DNA of 64,000 nt from Octopus sinensis (GCF_006345805.1 NC_042997.1:26164001-26228000); one strand, 5' to 3'; positions 40,070-53,606 are shown, counted from the first letter of the stretch. Numbers and translations are program-made. Notes: a model not told the origin generated them from the sequence alone.

Positions 40070-40166
40070 CATATACATAACGATCACTGTGAAAATGATC
40101 GTGCGTTACCAGTAAGCTACCAGGTGTAAACCATTCGTTTTATTATGCATTATATATATATATATA

Positions 40167-40451
40167 TAAAGAAATACGTGGAGCTTTAGGTGTTTTCGCT
40201 CAATAAACACTCACAACGCCCGGTCTGGGAATCGAAACCGCGATCCTACGACCGCGAGTCCGCTGCCCTAACCACTGGGCCATTGCGCCCCCTCCGCTGC
40301 CCTAACCACTGGGCCATTGCGTCCCCATATATATATATATATGGGGCGCAATGGCCCAGTGGTTAGGGCAGCGGACTCGCGGTCGTAGGATCGCGGTTTC
40401 GTTGTGAGTGTTTATTGAGGGAAAACACCTAAAGCTCCACGTATTTCTTTA
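40167..40451. repeat. Palindrome of two truncated tRNA-Arg-like SINE heads centred on (AT)n
   Basis: Both arms leave the SINE at the same base and share flank tatttcttta; centre cccc(at)8gggg at 40323-40346. Confidence 0.9.
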
Positions 40452-40524
40452 CTTGGATGCTTGAGAAAGGAACACCGGCTCCTATCTTCGGTTGAGTCAT
40501 AAACTTGATACCGCGATCGTTTGT

Positions 40525-40906
40525 GGAGGCGCAATGGCCCAGTGGTTAGGGCAGCGGACTCGCGGTCGTAGGATCGCGGTTTCGATTCCCAGACCGGGCG
40601 TTGTGAGTGTTTATTGAGCGAAAACACCTAAAGCTCCACGAGGCTCCGGCAGGGATGGTGGTGATCCCTGCTGTACTCTTTCACCACAACTTTCTCTCAC
40701 TCTTACTTCCTGTTTTTGTGGTACCTGTATTTCAAAGGGCCGGCCTTGTCACTCCTTGTGTCACGCTGAATATCCCCGAGAACTACGTTAAGGGTACACG
40801 TGTCTGTGGAGTGCTCAGCCACTTACACGTTAATTTCACGAGCAGGCTGTTCCGTTGATTCGGATCAACCGGAACCCTCGTCGTCGTAACCGACGGAGTG
40901 CTTCCA
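40525..40906 (+). mobile_element. Full-length tRNA-Arg-like SINE, family B2, with about 14-bp TSD
   Basis: Box A TGGCCCAGTGG, anticodon-like ctcgcg, box B GGTTTCGATTCC. TSD ccg[c/t]gatcgttt[g/a]t at 40511 and 40907. Confidence 0.9.
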
Positions 40907-41440
40907 CCGTGATCGTTTATGCGATGTTTACAGAACATTTTCCATGATATACAAATGTCATAGCTCTCACATCGGCGTTGAAGACTATAGTCTGAACTTT
41001 TTAACACGATCTCTGTATTTCAAGGCCCATCAGGTGCTGCATTTTACTCTTTTTAATACTTTTTGTTGTTGTTGGTGTTGTTTTTGTTATTAGCTTCTGG
41101 GATGCTTCAGTTACCATGTTTTGTTTGTATACAAAGACAACACTGGGCATCAATAATGACGTTGAGACTGAACATGTATAGAAAAGCGAATTCGGATGGC
41201 ACCACAGTCTCAAGACTGGAGCGTTTTAAGTATCAAAGAACACATTATGCTGTCCTTATGTTCGTCTGATGTTCTACAATCCAGTTCACTCGGTATCGAT
41301 ATTTACAGCTCCGTCTATGATACAATTCGATGCTATTATCTGAAGTTCTCCTGAGAGAAAAGAATATTGTTGTTTAAGTACATTTTCTTTTCTAGAGTGG
41401 AAGACCTATAACTATTTGAAATTTCTTTCTCTGCATCTCA

Positions 41441-41514
<74 letters not shown>

Positions 41515-41515
41515 A

Positions 41516-41549
<34 letters not shown>

Positions 41550-41676
41550 AGATAATGGTGTCAATGAGACCCAAAGGTGTCAGGTAATGCTGAATAAGTG
41601 CTATAGTCAGACCATAGTTAAGTTCCAGATTCGGTAATATTGCGAATAAAGGGTTCATCGTTGGTTCTACGTCAGC

Positions 41677-41788
41677 GTGTGCATATAAGAATTTTTTGCG
41701 TAATAAGATTAAAAAAAACACCAAGGCTGTATAGATATTAGAGCATCTATATATGCTGGTTTTTTTATCTTATTACGCATAAAATTCT

Positions 41789-41797
<9 letters not shown>
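41677..41797. mobile_element. Small TA-flanked inverted-repeat element
   Basis: atataagaattttttgcgtaataagat ... atcttattacgcataaaattcttatat. Confidence 0.6.
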
Positions 41798-41865
<68 letters not shown>

Positions 41866-42706
41866 TGTATGTATGTATGTATGTATGTATACAGGTGTCA
41901 GATTAGTGTGCGAGTGACGGTTATGATTCCCCTACTCTATTACCTTGTACTTATTCGACAATAATTAGAATTTATAGGACATTCCCCCGTTATGAAGGAC
42001 GAGAAATCCGGTGACATGAGGAACAAGATTACACGATGGGTCAGTTGTGGACACAGTCCGAATGGTTATCTTTTTACAGAATTTGACATAGAAAGTGGTA
42101 GATTTTTTTATTTGACAAAGATTGACAAATTTGTGAAAGGTTAGATCTAGCTGAAGAGGGCAGTCTTTGAGATAAATGGAAGTGACACTGTCAAGATGTC
42201 ACCCTGTTATATAGGAAACGGTATTTTTCATTTTGTGATTAAGCGCAAGTATTTGTGACATTAGCGCTCTGAAGAAAGGCAATTTAAGAAGCCTTTTGCT
42301 ATAAGCGTACTGTGTTGTACACGGAAAAAATTGAACAGCAAATAGAGTGGCTTTATCATAATACTACTTACTACTAAGATATTACTCTAGTGTTAGTTTA
42401 GAGCATCTTAGCAAAGACTTCGAATGCATGGCTTCAAATGAAGAGACAAGAGAGCTTGCTGAGTATGTGATTCACAAAAGCAACACTTGATTTCATGATA
42501 GTCTTCTTGCTGCTAGACCCATATATAAAAACACCTCCCATGTATGGTGGGTTTTCTTTCATTTTTCAGCATTCTCTTTAGCACTTTTTATCTGTATTTC
42601 GGCATCACACCTGCACGTGAATTCGCTGCTTAAGTAACGTATAATGATATCCCTAAGAGAAAGACGTCGGTCACTGTCTGAGAGAATTTTTATTTATTAA
42701 TATAAA

Positions 42707-43098
42707 TCTATATATCTAAAGCTGAAGTTGTCTGTGTGTGGCAGGTTTGGTAGCCTTCAACTAACACTATCTCCTCCGAAGCCCTGCGGCGCATGTTGAC
42801 CAAAATTGAGAGTATGATAGAAGAAGGCCTGCTCTTCATTCCGTAGAAGGAAAAATTCAAATCAGACCATGTTAAGACCAGAAATTATTTACATCAAAAA
42901 GGTGCTTTTTTTCTATGAAAATCTCTATTTTTTACGATTTTTTTTACTTCTGTGTCGCCATTTTTCGGTGTATTTCAACCAGAAAAAATGTTCACTTAAA
43001 GAGAATAACAAGCTACATAATGCAAAACTTTTACTTTTCAAAAATTCTAATTCTAAAGGGTCGAAACAAACCCGAGCAACGCCGGGCGATGCTGCTAG
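42707..43098 (+). mobile_element. Non-autonomous Helitron (second subfamily)
   Basis: A|TCTATATATCTAAAG start and cccgagcaacgccgggcgatgctg-CTAG|T end. Confidence 0.85.
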
Positions 43099-43631
43099 TT
43101 AATATAAATTTTGAGATATTTTGCTTTTACGCAAAGTTGATGAAAAAGACCTTAGCAACAAAAGGCTGAGTTTTCTGCAGAAACAGTGGTTTTAAAATTA
43201 ACAAGACAATCAGACTGAAAATGTTTTTAGTCATAACTGTCTTTCAGAACATTTCGGTTGCAAAGGTTGTCAAAGAAAAGATTTGAGGAGAATATAAGAC
43301 GCTGATCATGCATAGAAAGTTAGATTAAAAGTTAGAGAAAAATAAAAGAAAAAATTTCATTCCAGCCCTTTATCTATACTGCAGATATAGCTATCTAATT
43401 TTAGGGATGAAGAATTATGTTTTTTGCTTCTAGAGAATGAGAATGTCTTTAGGAAAGGTATTAACATCACAGCATCTCTTTTGAAATCCTCTATAAATCC
43501 GCACCTACGTAACGAATGATCATTGCTTTTGTTGTTGTCAAAGCATCAATGTTTGCTATTGTTCTTGTCATCGATGTGTTTCTCTTGATGTTTTTTTTGT
43601 GTGTTTGCATTCTCGTTGCTGCAATATTGGT

Positions 43632-43658
43632 ACCAGAATCTCACTTGCTTTGATCATT

Positions 43659-43696
<38 letters not shown>

Positions 43697-43705
43697 GACC
43701 ACGAC

Positions 43706-43756
<51 letters not shown>

Positions 43757-43867
43757 GACGAGGATGAAGACGACGACGATGATGATGACGATGATGAAGA
43801 CGATGATGAAGACGCTGATGAAGACGACGACTATGATGATGATGCTGATGAAGACGATGATGAAGAC

Positions 43868-43918
<51 letters not shown>

Positions 43919-44035
43919 CCTGATGATGATCCTGATGATGATTATGATGATTACGATAACGATGAGTACTTTGACGATGATGACAATGGTGATGACGATT
44001 ATGACGACCATGACGACGATGAAGATGACGACGCT
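43632..44035. repeat. Degenerate (GAT/GAC/GAA)n array (poly-Asp ORF)
   Basis: Direct reading. Confidence 0.9.
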
Positions 44036-45429
44036 GTTACCGTTCTCGTATAAAACATTTTTTTTTCCAGCCATCCATTTTTTTCCTTCATGCTGGCTTT
44101 TGTAGTCATGTGGTCGTCATCGTTGCCGTTTCGTTGTTGTTGTGTTTGTTCTTGCTTTTTATTATTGTTGTTGTAGTTGCTGTTGTTGTTATTGACATTG
44201 TTACAGTTATGCTTTTGCTGTTGCTTCCGTTGTTGTTGTTGTGTTGTTGTTGTTGTTGTTGTTGTTGTTTTCGCTACTGCTACTGCTACCGCTACTACTA
44301 CTGCTGCCGTATTGTTGTCCTTGTTGTTGTTGCAGTTGATGTCATGTTGCATCAATTTTTTTTTTATTGCAGATGCCAATGTTTGTGTTCTTGATGCCAC
44401 GCTATTGCATAACTGCCATGTTGTTTTTACACATTCGCTTGCATTTTTTAGGGGGGGGGTTTCTTCTTTTTTTAGGGAGCGATTTTTTTTTGCTAGTGCC
44501 ATTGTTTTTAGTGTTGCTTTAATCTTTCTTTGATGCTCTTGTTCTTGGTGTTGCCATTGCTGTATGCCACGTTATTTTGTTATGAATGCTGTTGAAGTTG
44601 TTCTTGTATTCTATGGAATAGTGGATTATTTTGTTTTCCCTCGCTAGACTTTGTTTATGCTGTTTGTTGTTGTTGTTGTTGTTGTTGTTGTGCTATTGAC
44701 GTTATTGTTGTCATATTCTATATCCTTGTTTTTTTTTATTCAAAGGTATCACAATCGTTGATCTTGTTACTTTTGCCTTTATTTGATTGCAATTTTGTTG
44801 TTGTGTTGTTAGTATTGTTGTGGTTTATGTTGAGGGCTGTGGTGGTGGTGGTGGTGGTGATGACCTTTTGCTGGTGGTGATGCATTTCTTAGATGTTTTT
44901 TGTTGTTGTTGTTTTTCCACCGGATTTATCTGTCGCAGTAATTCTTCGGTATATCATACAGATTTTATATGCTCCTTTCATCAAAACATCCGCTTCAAAG
45001 TTTTCGATGCATCGAATATATTTACATACCTGTTTGTTGATGTACCTTTGTTGCATTTGTTTATTCAGTATCTTTGGTTTATTTAGAAGGGACGAAGAGT
45101 GACAGATACTACACAGAGCTGGATTAAATGCCTTGCTTTATTTACTTTCGTCCCTTTGTTCTTCGAGCTCGAATCCTGCTACAGTATTTTTTCCCTGTGT
45201 GCATTTGAACTTTCAGCATGGATAAAGGAGTACCAGTCAAATACGGAGGGCGTAAAAAAGAAGTATACTAATATATTCTCCCCTTTCTCTCTATTTCTCT
45301 CGAAAATGAAAACAAGTAACTTTGATAATGACGAGGTCTGAAGTTCTATGAAAAATATTGTGGGGAGCTAAGACGATGATATGGTTTTGATTCCTGGTTG
45401 AAATCCCTTTACTTCAAACTTATCGGTAA

Positions 45430-45797
45430 CTAGCAGTATCGCCCGGCGTTGCTCGGGTTTGTAAGGGAAATAACTATAAAGCATTTTTAGAGAGTTATAG
45501 CCAAAAAATGGAAAAAAAATGATGGTAAATTTTTTTTTTTAGTTAAAAAGGTTGAGTTGCGTCCCCTAGACAGTCTGTGGTTTGTGTTTCTGATTCTCGA
45601 CCCCATGTCGAATTCATCGATTTTTTTCAGAACTGGGGGAACTTTTCAAAATTTTCGCTGCGTTAGTTTTGAATTATGACATTGGCTATGTGTGTGTCAA
45701 GTTTCATCAGAATCGGTTGAAAGCCGTGGTCAGGGCGAGGGTACAAGCTAACAGACACACAGAAACACACACAGACAAACTGCCGTTTATAGAGAGA
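45430..45797 (-). mobile_element. Non-autonomous Helitron
   Basis: Close match to the reverse complement of 6192-6529; CTAG end at 45430. Confidence 0.85.
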
Positions 45798-47374
45798 TGA
45801 CACTGGTAACGAGAAAAATTACATCACAAGTTCCCATTTCTTCTATGTTGATTATAAGGGATTTGTGCCTCGTTAAAAGGATCATAATTTAGTTCAGGTT
45901 GTTTATTGCTGGAACCGTAACGCAAGAAGCAAGCTATCTATAATTCGAGATTACGACACGGTTCAATTCCAGTTCACTTTATTTAAGAAGACTGATGACG
46001 TAAAAAGTTTAGTTATATTTAATCGACGACTTTTTATTCTTCTATAAATCATTTAAGAAATATTTATTTAAGCTTTTGGAAAGTTTCTGATTTTGTTGAA
46101 ATGTACTACACTTCACTAATAATAAGTGGCAGCCAGATCACCGACATATCACATCCTACCGTCTACAAGGGGGGATAATCCCATTGGCTGATTTCTACTT
46201 AAACACTTTAGGGAAAACAGATTAGGTTATGTGTGGTATGACTTTGATCGTTGGTTTGTTAATCAAGAGCAAAGTTGCTCTATATATAAGCAACATTATA
46301 ATTAAAGCCTGAAGAACTTTAATTATTTTTTTTTTATTTTAAAGTGTCATATTTGATGGGTGCTGACTTAGCCAGTAATAGATCTATTCTTGAGCAGATA
46401 AGCACTAGAATAACTGATTATATTGACTATAATTGATTGCTTTAAAAAACTGTATTTTCTGAAATAAATGTTTTTAATTTCGAATATGTAATTGTCTGGC
46501 AAGGGATTTGATCTAAAAACCTGCCTGGGGTCTGTGTCAGTGACCAGGTTACAGTTGATGCGACGAATATTTTGACATCAAAAAATAAATGTTTAAGAGA
46601 AGCTAAGTTCTTGTATGCTTTTGAATAGTTAATCTGTGTCTTTTCCTTGTAATTGTTTATGCTTTCCATGTTGTCTGAAACCATCAATATAACAGAATTT
46701 AGATAAATACATGAGCATTATTTAATTAGTCTAGCTTTGACGTAGGTCGAAATGCGAAAAGATTGGATTTTAACTTAGACCATATATAGTCAAAATTAAC
46801 AGAATTCATATTTTAGACTTTGAGTAACCTTCCTTATTTCTTCATGCATTCTGTCTTCCTCTATATGTATTGCCATACCACGTTTAAAGAGCATGTGGTT
46901 ATATGATATTACATTCTATTCAAAAGTTTAGATGTTCCTCAAATTAGCATATAGTTGGATATTACTTCTGCACTGTATCCATCACCAAATCACGTAAGAG
47001 TTCAATTAGCAGTAAATTGGTACCACTTGTAGTAATTCTATTACTGCTAGACAATTGACGTGTGTATTGAATAACTTTGTTAGGCAATACTAAATTCGAA
47101 TCTCCACGCAGATATAGCATGCACATAAGTGAGTTTGGCTGGTTTGAATTCTACATATTCTTCCCGAAGACGAAATTTTCATGTGGTGTCCATAGCGTAG
47201 GTTTCGTAAGCAAAACGGGAAAAAAAAGACATTGAACGAAAAGAAAGAAAAGAAAGATTTAGCTTGCTTTACCCACTGGTATTTCACAATTAACGATTAA
47301 AATAAAAATTTATGAGATATTTCTAGCAAATCTCAATCGAAATATATCAAAATTGAAATTATCCTGAATATCTT

Positions 47375-47585
47375 TTATCTTTTACTTGTTTCAGTCACTA
47401 AACTGCGACCATGCTGGGGCACTGCCTTGAAGGGTTTTTATCGAAAAAGTAGACTATACCACTAATTTATTTTTATAAAGGTTTGGTACTGATTGTATCA
47501 GTCTCTTTTACCGAACCACTAAGTGATGGGGTATAAACAAATCAATTACTTGTAGTCAAGCGGTGATGGAGAAAAGTAAAGACAC
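47375..47585 (-). mobile_element. Diverged SINE A-related 3' half
   Basis: tttacttgtttcagtca...ccatgctggggcactgcc...ttaccgaaccactaag. Confidence 0.75.
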
Positions 47586-47649
47586 TCACATATATATATG
47601 TATATGTGTGTGTGTGTGTGAGTGTGTGTGTGCATGTGTGTGTGAGTGA

Positions 47650-47826
47650 CTGCGTTGGCGATTTTTTTCTTCCGTCTTCCCTTCCTTGGATCTTTCCTTT
47701 TCCTATGTTTCTGACGAAACGTTAAATTTTCCTTCTTTCGTTCCTTTCCTGAGCGTCCAATAACACTATACTTGTTCCACGTCCTCGTGTTGTGTTTTCT
47801 CTTTGTGTTTTCATGTTTGGATTAAC

Positions 47827-47827
<1 letters not shown>
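47650..47827 (+). mobile_element. Second copy of the 30427 mini-element, with hammerhead helix II deleted
   Basis: tgtttCTGACGAAACGTTAAA, where the other copy has ccgacga-agagttccgctc-gaaacgttaaa. Confidence 0.75.
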
Positions 47828-47884
<57 letters not shown>

Positions 47885-47956
47885 TAGATCGATAGATCGA
47901 TAGATAGATCGATAGATAGATCGATAATCGATCGATCGATCGATAGATAGATAGAT

Positions 47957-48022
<66 letters not shown>

Positions 48023-48024
<2 letters not shown>

Positions 48025-48758
48025 GTTTCTTTATTGGCAACACAGGGCTGCACACAGATGGGACAAGTTACAAGGTAGAGCTTTTCTTTTGGGGGATGAA
48101 GAGAACAAAAAAAAAAAAAGGGGTGGCGTAGGTTTTCGATCAAGAGGGATCGTAAAAGGGAAGAAAAGAACAAAAAAAAATTGAATAAAATAAAAGGAAT
48201 AAAAAGCAAAAAAAGAAAAGGAAAAGGAACAAAAGAAAGAGAAATGAAAAAAGAAGAAAAAAGGGGAAAAAAGGGGAAGAGGAAAAAAAAAGGACGATCA
48301 TAGGGATCGTGTATCACAGTGTTATGATATATGGTGTAAAGGGGAAAGCAAGTAAGGTTTATCCGTGGGAAGAAAAGCCTACGAAAAAGACCACGGTAAC
48401 CTTGTTCAATATTGTTATATGTTACCACATTTGTTGCAAGTGGGTAACCCTCTGTTTTCAATTCTGGGTTCATAGGATTATGCTCAAGGTGGCTTCGTCA
48501 TTCATACGTGCCATCCTTGCTACATTCACCCATCTTTTTTTAAAACATTCGCTAGACAAAACTTGCCTCTTTACTCTCACTTTCCTTTTCAAGTGGTACT
48601 TGAAGAAGTTAATGAGAGATTGACCAGAGAGGAAAGTGTTTGTCTCCAATCCTTTCAGACGCGTCCACCAGATACATTCCTTCGCCATAGCCACAAGGAT
48701 GATGAAAATAGCTCTTCCTTCCGTTTGAAGGAAGGAGGCGTGACATATTGACGATAGA
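48023..48758 (-). mobile_element. Heavily 5'-truncated copy of the Tx1-like LINE, with (GATA)n on both sides
   Basis: Colinear with 10949-11588. GATA arrays at about 47880-48022 and 48753-48855. Confidence 0.9.
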
Positions 48759-48779
48759 TAGATAGATAGATAGATAGAT

Positions 48780-48855
<76 letters not shown>

Positions 48856-48950
48856 TACACACGACGCTAAGTCAGTACGTGGGTATATTTTTTGACTGAA
48901 TTCCATATAATTTTGTTAAGGATATTTATATAAAGTATGTATATAGACAC

Positions 48951-49106
48951 AGGCGTGGCTGTGTAGTAAGAAGTTTGTTTCCCAGCAACATTGTTCGGGT
49001 TCAGTCCCACTGCGTTGCAACTTGGGTAATTATCTTCCACTATAGCTTCGGGTCTACCAAAGCCTTGTGAGTGGATTTGGTCAAAGGAAACTGAAAAACC
49101 CGTCGT
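48951..49106 (+). mobile_element. SINE family A, 5' half
   Basis: Head and body match; it ends in a TA tract. Confidence 0.85.
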
Positions 49107-49159
<53 letters not shown>

Positions 49160-49559
49160 TATATATATAATATATATAATATATATTATATATATATATA
49201 TATGTCGAATTGACTAATCTAGAAATGTCGAATGACTAATCTAGAAACGTACGTTCTCAAATACCTTTGCACTTGATTTTTTTATGTTTTTTTCCCCATA
49301 CTTTTGTGAGTTAGTTTAGGCAACACTATCTGAGAGAGATCTTCTTTAAGTATTAGAAATAGCTGAAGAAATTTCTTTAGCTGCTATTTCTAATGAGTTT
49401 AGTATGTGGCAAAGTAATTTATTTTACTAAGCCCTTATATAATAATGTAATTTTGAATTCGCCTATAATGGTCCCTTTACATACTGATACTTGGTGAAAT
49501 TGATTAATAATTAATTAATTTTACCCTCAATTGTTGAAATATATATATATATATTATAT

Positions 49560-49654
49560 ATTATTATTATTATTATTTTTATTATATATATATATATATA
49601 TATACATACATACATACATACTACATACATACATACATACATATATTATTATTA

Positions 49655-49691
<37 letters not shown>

Positions 49692-49727
49692 TATTATATC
49701 ATTATTATTATTATCATTATTATTATT

Positions 49728-49760
<33 letters not shown>

Positions 49761-49802
49761 TTATTATTATTATTATATTATTATTATTATTATTACATTA
49801 TT

Positions 49803-49835
<33 letters not shown>

Positions 49836-50380
49836 GTTATTATTATTATTGAGTGAGAGAGCAGTGCATGCCATCAAAGTGACACTGGTGTAAAATATAC
49901 GAAGCCCAATATACCCATCATGACTACCCGTCTGATAAGGGTACACCAGGCACATGCATCACAACCATATGTGCGCGACATGGTGATCTCATATCAAGAT
50001 AAACAGCACATGACCTTACAGGTGGGGCCCAGTTAGAATTTTCTTCAGGTTGAGTAGCCCATTCCGCTCAAAAGGTCCCTGAATAAGGGTTGTTTAAGGA
50101 TGTTGAAAGAACCACCCATGTTTATAGAGGTGAATTATTCAAACCCCAAAGTATCCCTCTCAACACATGGCTATGATGCTCCCCCACTACTTCTGCTCGT
50201 GATCAGAGATGCACATATCGTCAGCCACTAAGGGACATGCTCAACTGGTTAAGGTCAAGCAACTGACAAGCAAATCTGTGGTATTGAGCAGAATATTTGC
50301 TGTAGCCCTTATTATTATTATTATTATTATCATCATCATCATTATTATTATTATCATTATTATTATTATTATTATCATTG

Positions 50381-50435
<55 letters not shown>

Positions 50436-50454
50436 CATTATTATCATTTTATCA

Positions 50455-50490
<36 letters not shown>

Positions 50491-50713
50491 CATTATTATT
50501 ATTATTATTATCATCATTATTATTATTATTGAGTGAGAGAGCAGTGCATTATTATTATCATTATTATTATTATTATTATTTTATTATTATTATTATCATT
50601 ATTATTATTATTATTATTCTCATTATTATTATTATTATCTTTATTATTATTATTATATTATTATTATAATTATTATCATTATTATTATTATTATGATTAT
50701 TATTATTATTATG

Positions 50714-50757
<44 letters not shown>

Positions 50758-50760
50758 CCT
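49560..50760. repeat. (TAT/ATT)n array interrupted by insertions
   Basis: Direct reading. Confidence 0.95.
49851..50308 (-). mobile_element. 458-bp non-coding element embedded in (TAA)n; probable retroelement 3' end
   Basis: (ATT)n on both sides; its terminal 18 bp recur alone at 50531-50548 in the same array. Confidence 0.6.
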
Positions 50761-51074
50761 TTTCATTCTGCTTCGTCTTCTTCCTCTCCGCCATCTCCTT
50801 CCTTACTTTACGACTACTGCTGTTTAGAATAACTCCTACGCAAATATAAAAAACAATACATTCAAAAGTGAGTTCAACCACTACTATCCTCCACAAGTCA
50901 CTTTCAGGGCACTTGACCATTTAACATCCTACTGCTATCATATTCCGCCCGCCATTTCTTCTTCTTCTTCTTCTTCTTCTTCTACTTCTTCTTCTTCTTC
51001 TTCTCTTCTTCTTCTTCTCCTCCTCCTCCTCCTCCTTCTCCTTCTTCTCCTCCTCCTTCTCCTTCTTCTTCACT

Positions 51075-51260
51075 GCCATCGGTGTTGGTTTGTTTACATC
51101 CCGTAGCTTAACGGTTCGGCAAAAAATCCACTGGTAGAATAAGTACAAAGTTTTTAAAAAATGTCATATTGGGTTCGATTCGTTCGACTAAATGTCTTCA
51201 AGGCGATGCCCCAGCACGGCCGCAGTCTAACCACTGAAACAAGTTGAACGATAGAAAGTA
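51075..51260 (+). mobile_element. SINE A-related 3' half (variant)
   Basis: acggttcggcaaaaa...agaataagtac...ccccagcacggccgcag...ctgaaacaagt. Confidence 0.7.
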
Positions 51261-51692
51261 AAATATATATTTTTATTGAATTACGCAGAATTTTGTGAAA
51301 ATGTTTTTTTCTTTTTCTGTATGTAGGCCATTGTAGGCTTACTGTAATTTAAATAAGTGTTATTTCTTTCAATAATTAAAACAACTTTTCCGCATAAAAT
51401 CTGTTTTACTTTCATCTGATAAGGAATTTTTTGGAAGCGAAGAAGAAAAAAAGAAGTGTACTGTATTAAATTCAGTAAAAGTATTGGTGTACATGTGTGT
51501 GCAAGTGTGTGTGAGTGTATATGTGTGTCTGTGTTTCAATTTGGTGTTAGATTCGCTCCAATGCATCCGATATTCTTCAATGCCCAGGGGAAAGTGTCAA
51601 CGTCACATCTTACGTTTTCTGTTCTATCTTATAATCTATAGTTAAGATATCTTTACACATCAACACAACACTCTATATTTATTTCTCTCGCC

Positions 51693-51733
<41 letters not shown>

Positions 51734-52742
51734 CACACACACACACACACACACATACACACACACATACGAACATATAGAGCCACTGACATTCTTTCTC
51801 ACTTATATGGATACACACACGCGTGGGCATCTGAAAGTTCCGAATTTTTACAAAGTTAGAAAGAATGGATAGATGAGTACGTACATACATAAATATATAC
51901 ATACATATATATATACATATATACATACAAACATACATACATACAGGCATACGTACGTACGTACATACATGTTTATATATGTGTGTATATGTGTTTATGC
52001 ATGGATCTTTGTACACGTACTATGTATGTATATAAGTATATATATACAAGCTCACGCAAACGTATAAACATATGCACATACATATACAGACACATACACA
52101 CTCCCCCACTATGTCTCTCTCTCACACACACACTCGCACACACGCACGCATGCATATAAGAATCTATGTGTATGGCTATCCGAGCACATGCTAACATGAG
52201 CACACGTTTACGAAACTTATACAGCCATACGAACGATAGATTACACACTATAACAGGAATTTTGTGCTTAGAGTTAGCAATACCATATCTAAGAGATATC
52301 GATTCAAAACTTTTTTCAAAAATCTAATACTGTCAGCCAAGTTCGTGTACTACCTAAAGTTGATTCACGAATGGTATTTTAGAATTTCAAAGCAATTTAA
52401 AAAGTTAAACCAATTAGTGTTTGGCAAAGGTATCACAATTGAAAATTTGCGCCAGGGCGTAATGTTCTTTATATTGAGAACGTCTCAGAATTTAAAACCC
52501 CATATCAAAAGAAGAAAGTTTTTGCGCTTTTTGCCTTCTCAAAGACATCTAAGATTATTACTTGTAATGCTGACGGGTGCTTTGCTAAATTGCATGTTTT
52601 GTACTAAGAAAGCGCTTCCTTAAACTGAGCATGCCCCTTGTAGGTATGAAATTTAATAAAATCACGCGCAAAGCACGTAGGTGTGTATGTGCACGTGTGT
52701 GTGTGCGTGCATGTATGTGTGTATGCGTATCTATGTGTATGA

Positions 52743-52793
<51 letters not shown>

Positions 52794-52794
52794 G

Positions 52795-52832
<38 letters not shown>

Positions 52833-52896
52833 TTATATATATATATATATATATGTGTATATATGTATATATTATATATGTATATATATATATATA

Positions 52897-52935
<39 letters not shown>

Positions 52936-53606
52936 TTGCTCGCCTCAGCATACACACACATGTGTGTGCTTGTGTGTATTTTGTATATTATTTATGCATA
53001 CTGGGTATATACAGAGGTGCATAAAGGCATATAGGTTGAAATATTTGTAGCCCTTTGTGTGTGAGTGGTGTGTGTATGTGCGTATGAGTGAGTGTATGTA
53101 TGTGTGAGTGTATGAGTGAGTATGTGTTCATTATGTAAACAATGGAATGTATATACTTATATGAAAACTATATACACACTCATGATATTAATTAGATTCC
53201 TTAATCCTCATGCACACACACACACATACACACATTCACGCATTACTATATATATTGACACTAATACTGACTCATATCTGAGCAAAGAAACAAGGTTTTA
53301 TTACTGGAAGCGCTTTCAAATCGACATTCGGTTGGTTGCTAGGAATCAGCGTCACCTGCATAGCAGCATGAAGGAAATTATAAACATATTTCCTTGTGGA
53401 AAGGTTTTGAAATGTGTGTGCACAGTCTACGTCTATAGATGTGTAGTCACAATGTAGCTATACCAAGAATGCTGCTTACTCTCGGTATATGTGTAGGAAA
53501 AACAAAAATCTGTAACGTGGATGTGTATTTATCGTGCGTTTCCACCGAAGTTGCTGCTTGCTTTTGTACCGAAATTTATATATGTTCATATTTCTTGAGT
53601 ATAAGA

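Noticed and set aside
40525-40600. tRNA-Arg gene (also the tRNA-like heads at 3195 and 40343)
   Set aside because: There is no intact acceptor stem; it continues into a SINE body bounded by a TSD.
42268-42310. CTGAAGA plus AGGC/GCCT hairpin as a hammerhead
   Set aside because: No GAAA follows the stem.
49203-49248. 22-bp direct duplication; also the duplication of about 180 bp at 61470-61745
   Set aside because: They sit beside TA tracts and differ mainly by indels. They cannot be told apart from assembly artefacts and have no evident function.
49345-49395. Hairpin ttagaaatagc...gctatttctaa containing CTGAAGA
   Set aside because: A simple palindrome with no three-way junction; probably part of a small repeat.
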